DNA of 64,000 nt. Source: a virus. Taxonomy: Duplodnaviria > Caudoviricetes. The stretch lies in the IMG/VR virus record IMGVR_UViG_3300042935_001404. One strand, written 5' to 3'. A program made the translations under genes and the position numbers. Each line of letters opens with the position of its first letter. The stretch's first letter is position 1. The notes under the pieces were generated by a model. It ran no database searches. It was not told the origin of the DNA and worked only from the letters and a program-made list of their open reading frames with translations. This document shows positions 38,857 through 47,380 of the stretch, piece by piece.

Positions 38857-38885
38857 AGTATATAACAATCTGTTTAATGTGTCAA
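38857..38885 (-). promoter_or_regulatory. sigma70-type promoter
   Basis: TTGACA-17-TATACT. Confidence 0.7.
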
Positions 38886-38901
38886 TACGTTAGGTGTATC
38901 A

Positions 38902-40275
38902 TCACAATTTCTCTCCTGGTTCAAATCCACGGAATCGCACAAAGCGAGGGAATCTCAAACTGTATGATCCGTCTTGGTTTTGAGTAACTGCGTCCGCTTC
39001 AACCTCAACCACCCGATCAAGAAGCTCATTGCGAGCGGTCCAATACTCATCGCGATTGCTATCAGACAAACCGCTACCAACATTAACACGAATATTTCTG
39101 TCATTATCGACTCCTTCACATATTATAGCACCCAACCGGCCTAGATTGCGACCAGTTCCTTCTTCAAAACCCACAATATTGAGATCAACTGTGATTGTGG
39201 GTTTCCATTTCATCCACGAGTCCGAACGTTTGCACTCATATGGCGCATCCATGCTCTTGATCATAATGCCTTCATAGCCTTCTTCTACTGACGCTTCGGC
39301 AAACCTACGCATGACGTCATGACCTTCGGCTGTGTCCAAGTCCACATCCATACCTGGCATCACACGCACACAACCATTTTCTGGCAGGTGTGCTTGTGTA
39401 CGTTTCAACAAGTCAATGCGTTTGTGTTGCTGTAGATTACAGAAGCCTTCGCGGAACTCACTCAGCGGCATGATATCAAACACATGGTACACCATGTTTT
39501 CTGTTCGAGCATTGCTCTTACGCTGTGCCTGCTTCATCAAGTCCTGAAAGTTCTTACCCACAATCTCGCCATCCAACACAAACTGTCCACCAAAAGCAGA
39601 ATCACGCTGAAATGCTTTGCGATGTTCTTCAATAAAGTCTGCAATCTGTGGAAAGTTCTCAAACTCTTTGCCATTGCGGCTGTACAATGTACAAGCAGAT
39701 CCATTTACAACTGCCAACACACGTACACCATCCAGTTTGACTTCCAGTCGTTTGATACCTTTCAACTTCTTGGGGTGGTCTGTAGAATCCTGTGCCAGTT
39801 GGCAACTGAATACAGGAATCTTCCATTCAGTTCGGCCCAACACCTTGTTTAGTGTTTTTTCTGATATACCACAACGCAGGTCTTTGATCAACACACGCCG
39901 GGCCACGTTGTTCCATTCATCTGAATCAAACTGTTGGCTACATTCATCAATGGCCTCACGTGCTCGATTACCTGTGACGCTACGGGTACGCAGACTTTCC
40001 AACAACGCCCAAAACTTAGGCCACGGATTTGATTGACTGGTTAAGCCCTCAGTCTCGGGCACTTGCCGGATGCCAAACACATAAAAAGGATTGTAGGCTT
40101 GATAACAATTGAACAAGAAGGCCTGCGCATCAGAACTGCCCAACTGGGAAGCTACCAATGCCTTTTCAATAGTTTTTTCTTTATGTATTCGACTGTCCGA
40201 GCTTTCCAGGTCAAGAATCCAACCTGCTACCATTGTGCCCGCAAACCTTGGGTCTGAGAAGTTTGTTTCATTCAT
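38902..40275 (-). CDS. ATP-dependent DNA ligase
   Basis: EVKLDGVR (motif I), LDGEI, YHVFD, YEGIMIK, KWK, LRFPRF. Confidence 0.95.
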   Translation of the reverse strand: MNETNFSDPRFAGTMVAGWILDLESSDSRIHKEKTIEKALVASQLGSSDAQAFLFNCYQAYNPFYVFGIRQVPETEGLTSQSNPWPKFWALLESLRTRSVTGNRAREAIDECSQQFDSDEWNNVARRVLIKDLRCGISEKTLNKVLGRTEWKIPVFSCQLAQDSTDHPKKLKGIKRLEVKLDGVRVLAVVNGSACTLYSRNGKEFENFPQIADFIEEHRKAFQRDSAFGGQFVLDGEIVGKNFQDLMKQAQRKSNARTENMVYHVFDIMPLSEFREGFCNLQQHKRIDLLKRTQAHLPENGCVRVMPGMDVDLDTAEGHDVMRRFAEASVEEGYEGIMIKSMDAPYECKRSDSWMKWKPTITVDLNIVGFEEGTGRNLGRLGAIICEGVDNDRNIRVNVGSGLSDSNRDEYWTARNELLDRVVEVEADAVTQNQDGSYSLRFPRFVRFRGFEPGEKL

Positions 40276-40287
40276 ATATTTACTCCG

Positions 40288-40710
40288 TTACCACGAACTG
40301 TTATAGAACACTTTTAATCCACAAAACAATTCTGCACGAGCGTCGCGAACAAACTTGAGATCTTGTTCTTTATAGTGCGCATCTGCTTCATTACCAAAAA
40401 AGAAACCTGACGTACTGGGCAGTGTACCACTCATAATATCCAGTTCAAGGATTTCAAGATCCTCCCATGTAATTTCTAACTCAATGCCATTGAAGTTGGC
40501 GCTGTCACCTTTGCCGCCGTTGCGACTTTTCCAAAGCTGTTCCATCCAGCCATGCAGATTAGGATGCTTGCGCCAGTAGGCAATCTCACGCGGCTGTTCT
40601 ACTGTCTTGTTAACAAAATCTTTGGCATCATCGTCAAATTCGGCACTCTCATAAAACTCACGTTGTTGGCCTTCCTTTGCGGCCACGTATGCATACATGT
40701 CAAGTCCCAT
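40288..40710 (-). CDS. Conserved phage hypothetical protein (MGLDMY / YWRKHPNLHGW family)
   Basis: Motifs; AGGAG RBS before MGLDMY. Confidence 0.75.
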   Translation of the reverse strand: MGLDMYAYVAAKEGQQREFYESAEFDDDAKDFVNKTVEQPREIAYWRKHPNLHGWMEQLWKSRNGGKGDSANFNGIELEITWEDLEILELDIMSGTLPSTSGFFFGNEADAHYKEQDLKFVRDARAELFCGLKVFYNSSW

Positions 40711-40752
40711 TATCTTTCTCCTGGTTTGTTGACGGAAACTAGGTGCAGGCAC

Positions 40753-40932
40753 TTACCTGTTCCGAACACGATTGATCACTTCATTGGCAGCTTGGAAGCC
40801 ATTGTGCTGTTCTGTTTCTAAGAATATTTCTGTTACTTCATTTTGTAACTCGGCAAAAGCGGCACGGAACTGGGCCAGCTCTTGTTCGGTCAAATGCATC
40901 TGCATTTTGTAGTTAAAGGAGTTGTTGTTCAT
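40753..40932 (-). CDS. Small hypothetical protein (59 aa, not in ORF track)
   Basis: My translation MNNNSFNYKMQMHLTEQEL...VRNR; ATGA overlap with upstream gene. Confidence 0.55.
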   Translation of the reverse strand: MNNNSFNYKMQMHLTEQELAQFRAAFAELQNEVTEIFLETEQHNGFQAANEVINRVRNR

Positions 40933-41201
40933 GCCACTTCCAACATGTTGGCAGGTACATTGAATAGGCCGCCTGGAGTCTTGACCAGCACAAATTTGAT
41001 TTTGACTTTTTGAACATCGCCAACGTAGGTCAAGCCATTGCGGTTGCTGGTAAACTTTACCCGGTCACCAATGCCGAACGCACGGGTCTTTTGTTTGGTC
41101 AATTGCATACGAGCAAACTTCACTGCATCGATCACACTAGACAACTGATCATTGGTTAAGTTACCAAACATAATTGCAGAGTTAATTTCTTTGACGTTCA
41201 T
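40929..41201 (-). CDS. Hypothetical protein with SH3/KOW-like C-terminus
   Basis: FGIGDRVKF...GDVQKVKIKFVLV. Confidence 0.7.
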   Translation of the reverse strand: MNVKEINSAIMFGNLTNDQLSSVIDAVKFARMQLTKQKTRAFGIGDRVKFTSNRNGLTYVGDVQKVKIKFVLVKTPGGLFNVPANMLEVA

Positions 41202-41232
41202 TACAGGCTCCTGTTTTGTTTACTGTATCTAT

Positions 41233-41261
41233 ATTATACTACCAAAATCAATTTGTGTCAA
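41233..41261 (-). promoter_or_regulatory. Early sigma70-type promoter
   Basis: TTGACA-17-TATAAT. Confidence 0.85.
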
Positions 41262-41590
41262 TTAAACATACACGGAGTAGGATCACAAATTTCGCCGTGT
41301 CGTCGTAATTGTATCTGCTCATAATCTGTAAGAAAGTCGTTGTCAACTAATTCATGCCACGAGATTATTTCTCCATACCGGTTGGGATTCTCTTGTATTT
41401 TTTTATTATTCAATCGTATTCGGGGACCCAACTCGGTCATAACAAATTCCATTAATTTCCAATCTTTCCGAAAATGTTTTTTATATGTTTTCTCATCGGG
41501 AATATAAAAGTAGTTGTTATTACGTTTACCAAAAGCAAGGTGTCCGTCAAGATGAGTGACAAAAAAATATGTGTGAATATGTAGTTTCAT
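41258..41590 (-). CDS. Early hypothetical protein
   Basis: ORF with GGAG RBS and own promoter. Confidence 0.6.
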   Translation of the reverse strand: MKLHIHTYFFVTHLDGHLAFGKRNNNYFYIPDEKTYKKHFRKDWKLMEFVMTELGPRIRLNNKKIQENPNRYGEIISWHELVDNDFLTDYEQIQLRRHGEICDPTPCMFN

Positions 41591-41617
41591 TCCCGCTCCG
41601 TTGTTGTGTATGTGTGT

Positions 41618-41646
41618 ATTATAGCAGTTTGGGAATTACAGGTCAA
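41618..41646 (-). promoter_or_regulatory. Early sigma70-type promoter
   Basis: TTGACC-tgtAATTCCCAAACTGC-TATAAT. Confidence 0.85.
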
Positions 41647-42112
41647 CTGTGTCCCAGGTCTTGCTCACTTCCATTTCGTCAACTAGCGCCTTCAATAACA
41701 ATACCAACTTGCGGTAATACTTGGCATCATTTTCGTGTGTGTTACCCACGTACCAGACACCGTCACGCATGATGTAGTACCATTCTGCGCCGCAGTCGTT
41801 GGCACGATCAAAGAACGTTTCAAAGGTATGATCTGTTGCAAACTCTGCACCTGTCTCGTCACGGTCACGACCGTAAAACACAGTTACATTTTCCATGGGT
41901 GAACCAAAAGTATGGAACTCGCCATCTGGAAAATCAACATCGCGTTTCAAAGAAGACACATCGCCCAGTGACACCAGGTGGTTGGCCTTGGCACTGTCAT
42001 AATAGTGCTCTTGCAATATCACACCATTGTGTTCCAGATAACCGTCCCAGTGACAGTAGACTGATTTGCAAACGTCACCATGCATGACACCAATTCTTGA
42101 ACGTGTACCCAT
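41636..42112 (-). CDS. Conserved phage hypothetical protein (MGTRS...YCHWDGY family)
   Basis: Motifs. Confidence 0.75.
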   Translation of the reverse strand: MGTRSRIGVMHGDVCKSVYCHWDGYLEHNGVILQEHYYDSAKANHLVSLGDVSSLKRDVDFPDGEFHTFGSPMENVTVFYGRDRDETGAEFATDHTFETFFDRANDCGAEWYYIMRDGVWYVGNTHENDAKYYRKLVLLLKALVDEMEVSKTWDTVDL

Positions 42113-42113
42113 T

Positions 42114-42314
42114 TTATGCTACCTCTTTCTGTTGTTGCAACCAAAAATATTCATTAATCAAATCTGAGGGGAAATCCTCATGGTACCAAAAATAGTACCG
42201 AGCAGATTTCAATCCCAGTGCTTTTTTTACAACATCAAATCCCACGTCAAGAACATCATTCTCTGCTGTGATATTGGGATTGATTGCAAATACATCTTCG
42301 GCAAAACTTGACAT
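42114..42314 (-). CDS. Small early hypothetical protein
   Basis: ORF with RBS and own promoter. Confidence 0.65.
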   Translation of the reverse strand: MSSFAEDVFAINPNITAENDVLDVGFDVVKKALGLKSARYYFWYHEDFPSDLINEYFWLQQQKEVA

Positions 42315-42344
42315 CTTTTTTCCTTTTTTTCTTACTATGTTTAT

Positions 42345-42373
42345 ATTATAGCAGTTTGGGAATTATCAGTCAA
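42345..42373 (-). promoter_or_regulatory. Early sigma70-type promoter
   Basis: TTGACT-gatAATTCCCAAACTGC-TATAAT. Confidence 0.85.
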
Positions 42374-42727
42374 TCAATCTAATCTGCTTCCAGCGTAGAC
42401 CTGTGTTAGGCCCAACTTGGTCTTCAGTACCTCAGCGTAGGCCTCGGCACCTGCTTCTAAAATGCTGATTGATTGGGTTGGGAAACCGCTGGGGTTCCAC
42501 AGTTGAAGACTGCCAGTGTAGTCCTTACGGAAGCCCGCGGCCTGTAGCCACTTGCCCAACTTTGAGTTAGACCGTACGCCAAACACGTTGACCCAAGCAA
42601 AGCCACAAGCATCACGATCGCCATGCTTGGCGTGGAATGCTTTGGCCGCTGAGCGGGCTTGGATACCTGCTTCGTTGGTTGCGTCTTGTACCAACTGCTC
42701 TGTGATCTGTGTTGCTATTGCTGTCAT
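42374..42727 (-). CDS. Early hypothetical protein (ACGFAWV family)
   Basis: Start reassigned to MTAIAT, downstream of promoter 42758-42786. Confidence 0.7.
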   Translation of the reverse strand: MTAIATQITEQLVQDATNEAGIQARSAAKAFHAKHGDRDACGFAWVNVFGVRSNSKLGKWLQAAGFRKDYTGSLQLWNPSGFPTQSISILEAGAEAYAEVLKTKLGLTQVYAGSRLD

Positions 42728-42757
42728 TTCGGAATCCTTTTTAGTTTCTATACAAGT

Positions 42758-42786
42758 ATTATAACAGTTTGGGAATTTCGGGTCAA
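42758..42786 (-). promoter_or_regulatory. Early sigma70-type promoter
   Basis: TTGACC-cgaAATTCCCAAACTGT-TATAAT. Confidence 0.85.
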
Positions 42787-43073
42787 CCGTTTTGTTTGTC
42801 CATGATGTACTCAAACAAGACAAATTTAGCACGATTCAGCAGTTGACGCTGATCTTCAATGGTGTTAAAGTCCGGTTGCTCGTAGGCCATCAGTTCTTGT
42901 GCATCACTCATCATGCTGGCCACAACCATTGCAGGGCCAGAGAATTTAAAAGTGCTGGACGATTCCACTGCTTCACGCATTTCGGACTCGGTGCAACCAT
43001 ACATGCCAACTTGGCGTTTTTCTTGCTCGTTTAACGTAATCATTTCGCCTAGTATATCGTATCTTAAACCCAT
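42783..43073 (-). CDS. Early hypothetical protein
   Basis: AGGAG RBS, own promoter. Confidence 0.7.
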   Translation of the reverse strand: MGLRYDILGEMITLNEQEKRQVGMYGCTESEMREAVESSSTFKFSGPAMVVASMMSDAQELMAYEQPDFNTIEDQRQLLNRAKFVLFEYIMDKQNG

Positions 43074-43104
43074 TTTTGAACTCCTTTTTGTTAAACTATG
43101 CTAT

Positions 43105-43133
43105 ATTATAGCAAATTGGGAATATTCGGTCAA
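43105..43133 (-). promoter_or_regulatory. Early sigma70-type promoter
   Basis: TTGACC-17-TATAAT. Confidence 0.85.
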
Positions 43134-43363
43134 CCAAAGGCTTTTACCAGCCCGATTAGCCCAATTGCTACACTTACAAGATTCACAAACATCTGTGGTT
43201 TATTTGCAACACGCACAGTCCAAATCAGGAACAAAATAGTCCCAATAAAAAATGTAAGAATGTTGTAAGGATGAGCTGTTGGCCCCACTGCATTGAGGCT
43301 ATGCCCTGCTACTATAAAAATAGCCCCGGTCCACTGCAAAATTTCATTTGTATCTAATTTCAT
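43130..43363 (-). CDS. Small 3-TM membrane protein
   Basis: Three hydrophobic segments. Confidence 0.7.
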   Translation of the reverse strand: MKLDTNEILQWTGAIFIVAGHSLNAVGPTAHPYNILTFFIGTILFLIWTVRVANKPQMFVNLVSVAIGLIGLVKAFG

Positions 43364-43369
43364 ACCTTA

Positions 43370-43398
43370 ATTATAGCAGTTTGGGAATTATTGGTCAA
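43370..43398 (-). promoter_or_regulatory. Early sigma70-type promoter
   Basis: TTGACC-aatAATTCCCAAACTGC-TATAAT. Confidence 0.85.
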
Positions 43399-43404
43399 CC
43401 GAAA

Positions 43405-43806
43405 TCACAACTCAATTGCCCTGCGAAACACAATTTCTTGCCGGGCAAAGGCATCTAATTCCCAGGGCTGTTGCAAATATGCCACATTACGACCGTAGTA
43501 TTTGCCGTTCCATTTTTTGCCTTTGGGCATGATTTTTAGGATGCCTCGTGCCATTTGTCGCACATGCACCAACTCGTGTGCCAGGGTCACGCCCAGTGCA
43601 TACAAATTTCTAGTGGGTTTTAATACCACCAAGTAAGTGTCAAGTCCTGTCAACGGCACAGTGGTGCCCATTTCCTCTAAATCTGAGTCCACTTTGATCA
43701 TAAGCAATTTTTGATTTTTAGCAAGCCCAAGTTGGGTCAACATGCTAGGAACCAGTGCTTCAATGTACCGTTTGGTTTTGGGTCCGGCTTCAACGTGCAA
43801 TTCCAT
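43405..43806 (-). CDS. Zincin metallopeptidase-like protein
   Basis: TLAHELVHVRQ (HExxH) and downstream PWELDA. Confidence 0.8.
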   Translation of the reverse strand: MELHVEAGPKTKRYIEALVPSMLTQLGLAKNQKLLMIKVDSDLEEMGTTVPLTGLDTYLVVLKPTRNLYALGVTLAHELVHVRQMARGILKIMPKGKKWNGKYYGRNVAYLQQPWELDAFARQEIVFRRAIEL

Positions 43807-43833
43807 ATGTGCCTTTTTTTACTATATGCCCAA

Positions 43834-43862
43834 ATTATAACAAAATACCAATTTTGTGTCAA
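43834..43862 (-). promoter_or_regulatory. Early sigma70-type promoter
   Basis: TTGACA-17-TATAAT. Confidence 0.85.
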
Positions 43863-43908
43863 CCGATGCATGTTTTGTTTATTTTATTAGTAGAAACCAT
43901 TGGGTGTA

Positions 43909-43928
43909 TTGCGTTGCAACATAAATAA
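43909..43928 (+). promoter_or_regulatory. 20-bp operator plus late promoter, copy 2
   Basis: TTGCGTTGCAACATAAATAA, identical to reverse complement of 14437-14456. Confidence 0.85.
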
Positions 43929-43971
43929 CTCAGTAGAAACCACGAGTTTCTCGTTACTAAAGGAAAAAGCA

Positions 43972-44136
43972 ATGACAGCAACAATAGCAAAACTAATTGA
44001 GCGTCTAGCCGAAATGTTCCCACGACAGAACTATCAAAGCAAATTAGACGCTTATCTCGCAAGTAAAAACGTACAAGACATCTGTGATGTAGAACACTGG
44101 ACCAAACAGTTTGACCGTAAAGGAAGTTATCTATGA
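43972..44136 (+). CDS. Small protein resembling DUF3563
   Basis: KLDAYLASKNVQDICDVEHWTKQFDR; AAGGA RBS. Confidence 0.6.
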   Translation: MTATIAKLIERLAEMFPRQNYQSKLDAYLASKNVQDICDVEHWTKQFDRKGSYL

Positions 44137-44237
44137 AAAACTTTATCAACACAGTGTATAACGGTCTAATTGCCTGGGCAGAAATGATTCACGAATATCG
44201 TCAAAGTTCTGCTAACAAATTTCATTATTGGAAGTAA
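44133..44237 (+). CDS. Micro-protein, 34 aa (not in ORF track)
   Basis: MKNFINTVYNGLIAWAEMIHEYRQSSANKFHYWK; ATGA coupling. Confidence 0.55.
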   Translation: MKNFINTVYNGLIAWAEMIHEYRQSSANKFHYWK

Positions 44238-44239
44238 TC

Positions 44240-44323
44240 ATGGACATAGGATTAGTCGCGGTTCAAATCATAATATTCGGGGCAATAATTCTCGTATATC
44301 TAGTGCAGGAGTTTAATAAATGA
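44240..44323 (+). CDS. Single-TM micro-protein, 27 aa (not in ORF track)
   Basis: MDIGLVAVQIIIFGAIILVYLVQEFNK. Confidence 0.5.
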   Translation: MDIGLVAVQIIIFGAIILVYLVQEFNK

Positions 44324-44421
44324 ACTATCTAAACACATTATTGATGTTACTACGTTGGTCAAAAGACGGATGGGAAGTTCATCCTATTGACTTATCTACC
44401 GACTTTAGCGGATGGGTTTAA
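44320..44421 (+). CDS. Micro-protein, 33 aa (not in ORF track)
   Basis: MNYLNTLLMLLRWSKDGWEVHPIDLSTDFSGWV; AGGAG RBS, ATGA coupling. Confidence 0.55.
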   Translation: MNYLNTLLMLLRWSKDGWEVHPIDLSTDFSGWV

Positions 44422-46487
44422 TAAACCACTTGCAAACGTGCTTCTTGTTCACTGAACTTAGATGAACTTAACACTGCCTGAGGCGGCGGGGTTGATGGTA
44501 TTGGATCCACTGTAGTAGCCGCTGTTCCAACACCTGCAACATTAAGTCCAGTTGTGGTGCGTCCTTCACGCAGTACTGCCACAGTAGATTGCCCTGCACT
44601 TGTTGCGTTACTACTTGCAGTAGTGGATGTGTCAATATTAGCTACCAGTTCTAAATATTGTGCAGACCCTCCAACTTTGGTTTCAAGGCCAAATCCCGGC
44701 AATGCCGACACAAAACTCATAATGGCTGGTTGACTGTTGCCTTGTACATTGCCAATGTCTATACCTGCTTTGACTTGTAATTCAGTTTCTTTTGTTATTT
44801 GTGCGCTGATTGCTGAAAAGTATATGTTAAGATTGGCAGTTTCCGCAGGGTTGGCAGCAATAATATTTCCAATCTCAACTTGTGCAGCCGTAATCAGGTT
44901 TCCAACGTTTCCTTCGTCTGACACAATTGTGTTTGCGTATATGCCATTGTATATGGTAATTAAATTAGCCAGTGCGTTGTTTATGTTGCCATTATCATAT
45001 AATGTATTAATGATAGTAACGCTGTTTTCAAGATTAACAGTGATATTAGTTCCTACGGCAGTTCCAAGAATATCAGTTAACAATATAGTACCATTTACGC
45101 CAGATCCTGTTGCTATACTATTTGCATAATAACTTACATCCGCAGTGGGCAACGGTTGTGTTTGCGATTCAATGGCCGTCAGCCCCTTGTTGGTTTCTGC
45201 TGACAAGAATGCCACAGCCAACTGTGGCAAGGTCATACGACTGACATTTGTAACCTGATCCAATGCGCAGGACAATGCTTTGTTGGCCAGTGCCAGCCCC
45301 GGGGTCGTCATAACGCTTAGTCGTTCATAACTTATTCCAGCCTGGTCAGCGGCCACTATAGGTTCTAACAAACTATTCGGTGTGTATTGATTGCCAGAAC
45401 CTGTGTTGCCAGAAGTATCTCCTGTTATGGGGCTGGCAGTTGATCCAGCAGTGACTGGATTTTCGCTTTGACGTATTTCACACGCTAAAGGTCGATCAAT
45501 GGCTCTTGCGGCAGCTTCTTCATCAAGTATAGCCTGACTTTGTTCCGCAGTTAAGTTATCCTCCAGTGGCAGCGGATCTGGTGTGATGTAAATAGCACGT
45601 GGACCATCTGCAGTTGGCATTGTTAAGGATGGGTAACTGTTAGGCAGCATCACAGCAGGATTCAACAAGTCTGCCAATGTGTTGATGTTTGGTGTCCATA
45701 CATCTAGTATTCTTAATATATTTGCAAGCTCATCGCCTGTGACGCCAAGCAATGCGTTATACATAAGTTTCTGTATGGTGTCAGTCACCACTACAGCAGG
45801 ATCATTGAGATTGAGAATAATGTTATCAGGCACGCCGGCCACGCTGAGTGTTGCTATCAAAGGACTGATTGTTCCAGCACGGCGTGATATCTGTTGTATC
45901 AGTGCCAATGGAGTTCCGTAATTGTCAAGATTCCCTAGATCTATGTAGTGGCCAGCATTGAACAAGTCATCACCCATTGCAGCCGTAGCAAGATTAATTT
46001 CAGTAAGACCACTGGCAATAAGATTGTCCTGGCCAGTGAATGTTGGGCCCAAATAGCTGTTAGCGTTTACTGCACTGTTGATAAAACTATTCACAGTTGA
46101 ACAATAACTATTTGTTTGAACAAAAGTTTGTGTAAATTTACTAAGATCGCCATTGCCCATATATGCATCTGCAGTCAATGTAATCACGCCCGACATGCCT
46201 GGAGAAGTATTGCTGAATGGAACAATGTCAACTGTTCCAAGTACAATTGAATCGGCCAATGCCGGGCAACTATTCCCAACATTTCCTGCAAATGTCTGAA
46301 GAAGCACTTGTGTATTTGCAGTTAAATTTCCAGGAGCTGCCAACATGGCATTTATCAACGGAGTCAACAATGCAGTTGAGGTATATGCAGTGACATTTGC
46401 AGTTAAATTTGCATTAACAATATAGCCTTGATTTTGAAATAAACCGGCAGCTGCCTGTAGTTGTAGCGCAGATAATGATCCAGCCAT
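44418..46487 (-). CDS. Probable baseplate/tail-associated structural protein
   Basis: 689 aa A/G/T/N-rich; translationally coupled to PAAR gene. Confidence 0.55.
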   Translation of the reverse strand: MAGSLSALQLQAAAGLFQNQGYIVNANLTANVTAYTSTALLTPLINAMLAAPGNLTANTQVLLQTFAGNVGNSCPALADSIVLGTVDIVPFSNTSPGMSGVITLTADAYMGNGDLSKFTQTFVQTNSYCSTVNSFINSAVNANSYLGPTFTGQDNLIASGLTEINLATAAMGDDLFNAGHYIDLGNLDNYGTPLALIQQISRRAGTISPLIATLSVAGVPDNIILNLNDPAVVVTDTIQKLMYNALLGVTGDELANILRILDVWTPNINTLADLLNPAVMLPNSYPSLTMPTADGPRAIYITPDPLPLEDNLTAEQSQAILDEEAAARAIDRPLACEIRQSENPVTAGSTASPITGDTSGNTGSGNQYTPNSLLEPIVAADQAGISYERLSVMTTPGLALANKALSCALDQVTNVSRMTLPQLAVAFLSAETNKGLTAIESQTQPLPTADVSYYANSIATGSGVNGTILLTDILGTAVGTNITVNLENSVTIINTLYDNGNINNALANLITIYNGIYANTIVSDEGNVGNLITAAQVEIGNIIAANPAETANLNIYFSAISAQITKETELQVKAGIDIGNVQGNSQPAIMSFVSALPGFGLETKVGGSAQYLELVANIDTSTTASSNATSAGQSTVAVLREGRTTTGLNVAGVGTAATTVDPIPSTPPPQAVLSSSKFSEQEARLQVVY

Positions 46488-46780
46488 TATCCTGCCCTTA
46501 CATCTGGACTGCCGCCTGTTCGTGCATGTCCGCAGGTGTCAACATTGCCAGTTCTAACAACAGGTTTTCCACCAGCACGTACTGTGCCACTACCACCAGC
46601 AGTGCTTGCGGCAGCATGTGGTGGATGCGGGTTATTTCTACGTTGAGGCCACGGTGCGTGTGCTGACACGGTTACACCATCAACTACAACAGGCTTGCCA
46701 TTGACTCGTACTGAGGCCACACCTGATGTGGCTGCACCGCCTTCAGAGTTTGTATCACCTTGTCTTTGTACTGCTGGCAT
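46487..46780 (-). CDS. PAAR-domain spike tip protein
   Basis: MPAVQRQGD, VRVNGKPVVVDG..VSAH, PH, VRAGGKPVVRTG...CGH. Confidence 0.9.
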   Translation of the reverse strand: MPAVQRQGDTNSEGGAATSGVASVRVNGKPVVVDGVTVSAHAPWPQRRNNPHPPHAAASTAGGSGTVRAGGKPVVRTGNVDTCGHARTGGSPDVRAG

Positions 46781-46815
46781 GTTGTTCCGTTCTTGTCAAT
46801 TATTTATCCAGCAAT

Positions 46816-47106
46816 TTACACCAGTTTGATGCCAGTGGTGCTTTGTATAAACTGATCAGCAAACATTTTGTCTGTGACCGCAACCACTGTAACTGTGCTT
46901 TTTGACAATTTAATATCTTTGTCTGGGCTCACTGTGAACAAGTAGGGCATTAGACCTGGGCCTTGAGCACCCATGGCAATCACCATTGGGCGTGATAGCT
47001 TGTAGTGTGCATCAGTTTCTTCCACTAATTTTCCAATTAGCTCTTCGCCAGACGTTAGTTTTAGTGTCACCACTTCACCTACTGAGGCACCTTTGTCAAT
47101 TAACAT
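46816..47106 (-). CDS. Sm/Hfq-like fold protein
   Basis: VVTLKLTSGEELIGKL...YKLSRP; start reassigned to MLIDK. Confidence 0.6.
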   Translation of the reverse strand: MLIDKGASVGEVVTLKLTSGEELIGKLVEETDAHYKLSRPMVIAMGAQGPGLMPYLFTVSPDKDIKLSKSTVTVVAVTDKMFADQFIQSTTGIKLV

Positions 47107-47107
47107 A

Positions 47108-47365
47108 TTATAATACTCCATCGCCGTAGCCAACAGCGTTTTCCTGTTCAAATAACTTTTTAAGTTCTGTAAATCCGCCAACAAGTCTATCATCTAAAAA
47201 TATTTGCGGCACGGTTCTGGCAGTTGGTACTGCTTCTAATAGTTGTTCTCGGGTCCAATCTTTACTTACATTACGTTCTTCAAACTCAATGCCGTTTTTC
47301 TTTAACAATGCTTTTGCTTGGTCGCAATAGGGGCACTGATCTTTACTCCATACAGTTGCTTTCAT
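47108..47365 (-). CDS. Glutaredoxin
   Basis: CPYC, TVPQIF, VGGF. Confidence 0.95.
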   Translation of the reverse strand: MKATVWSKDQCPYCDQAKALLKKNGIEFEERNVSKDWTREQLLEAVPTARTVPQIFLDDRLVGGFTELKKLFEQENAVGYGDGVL

Positions 47366-47380
47366 ATTTTTCCTTTTATT

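Noticed and set aside
46487-46780. PAAR gene as a type VI secretion system
   Set aside because: No tss, vgrG or hcp genes; PAAR is a normal T4-like spike tip
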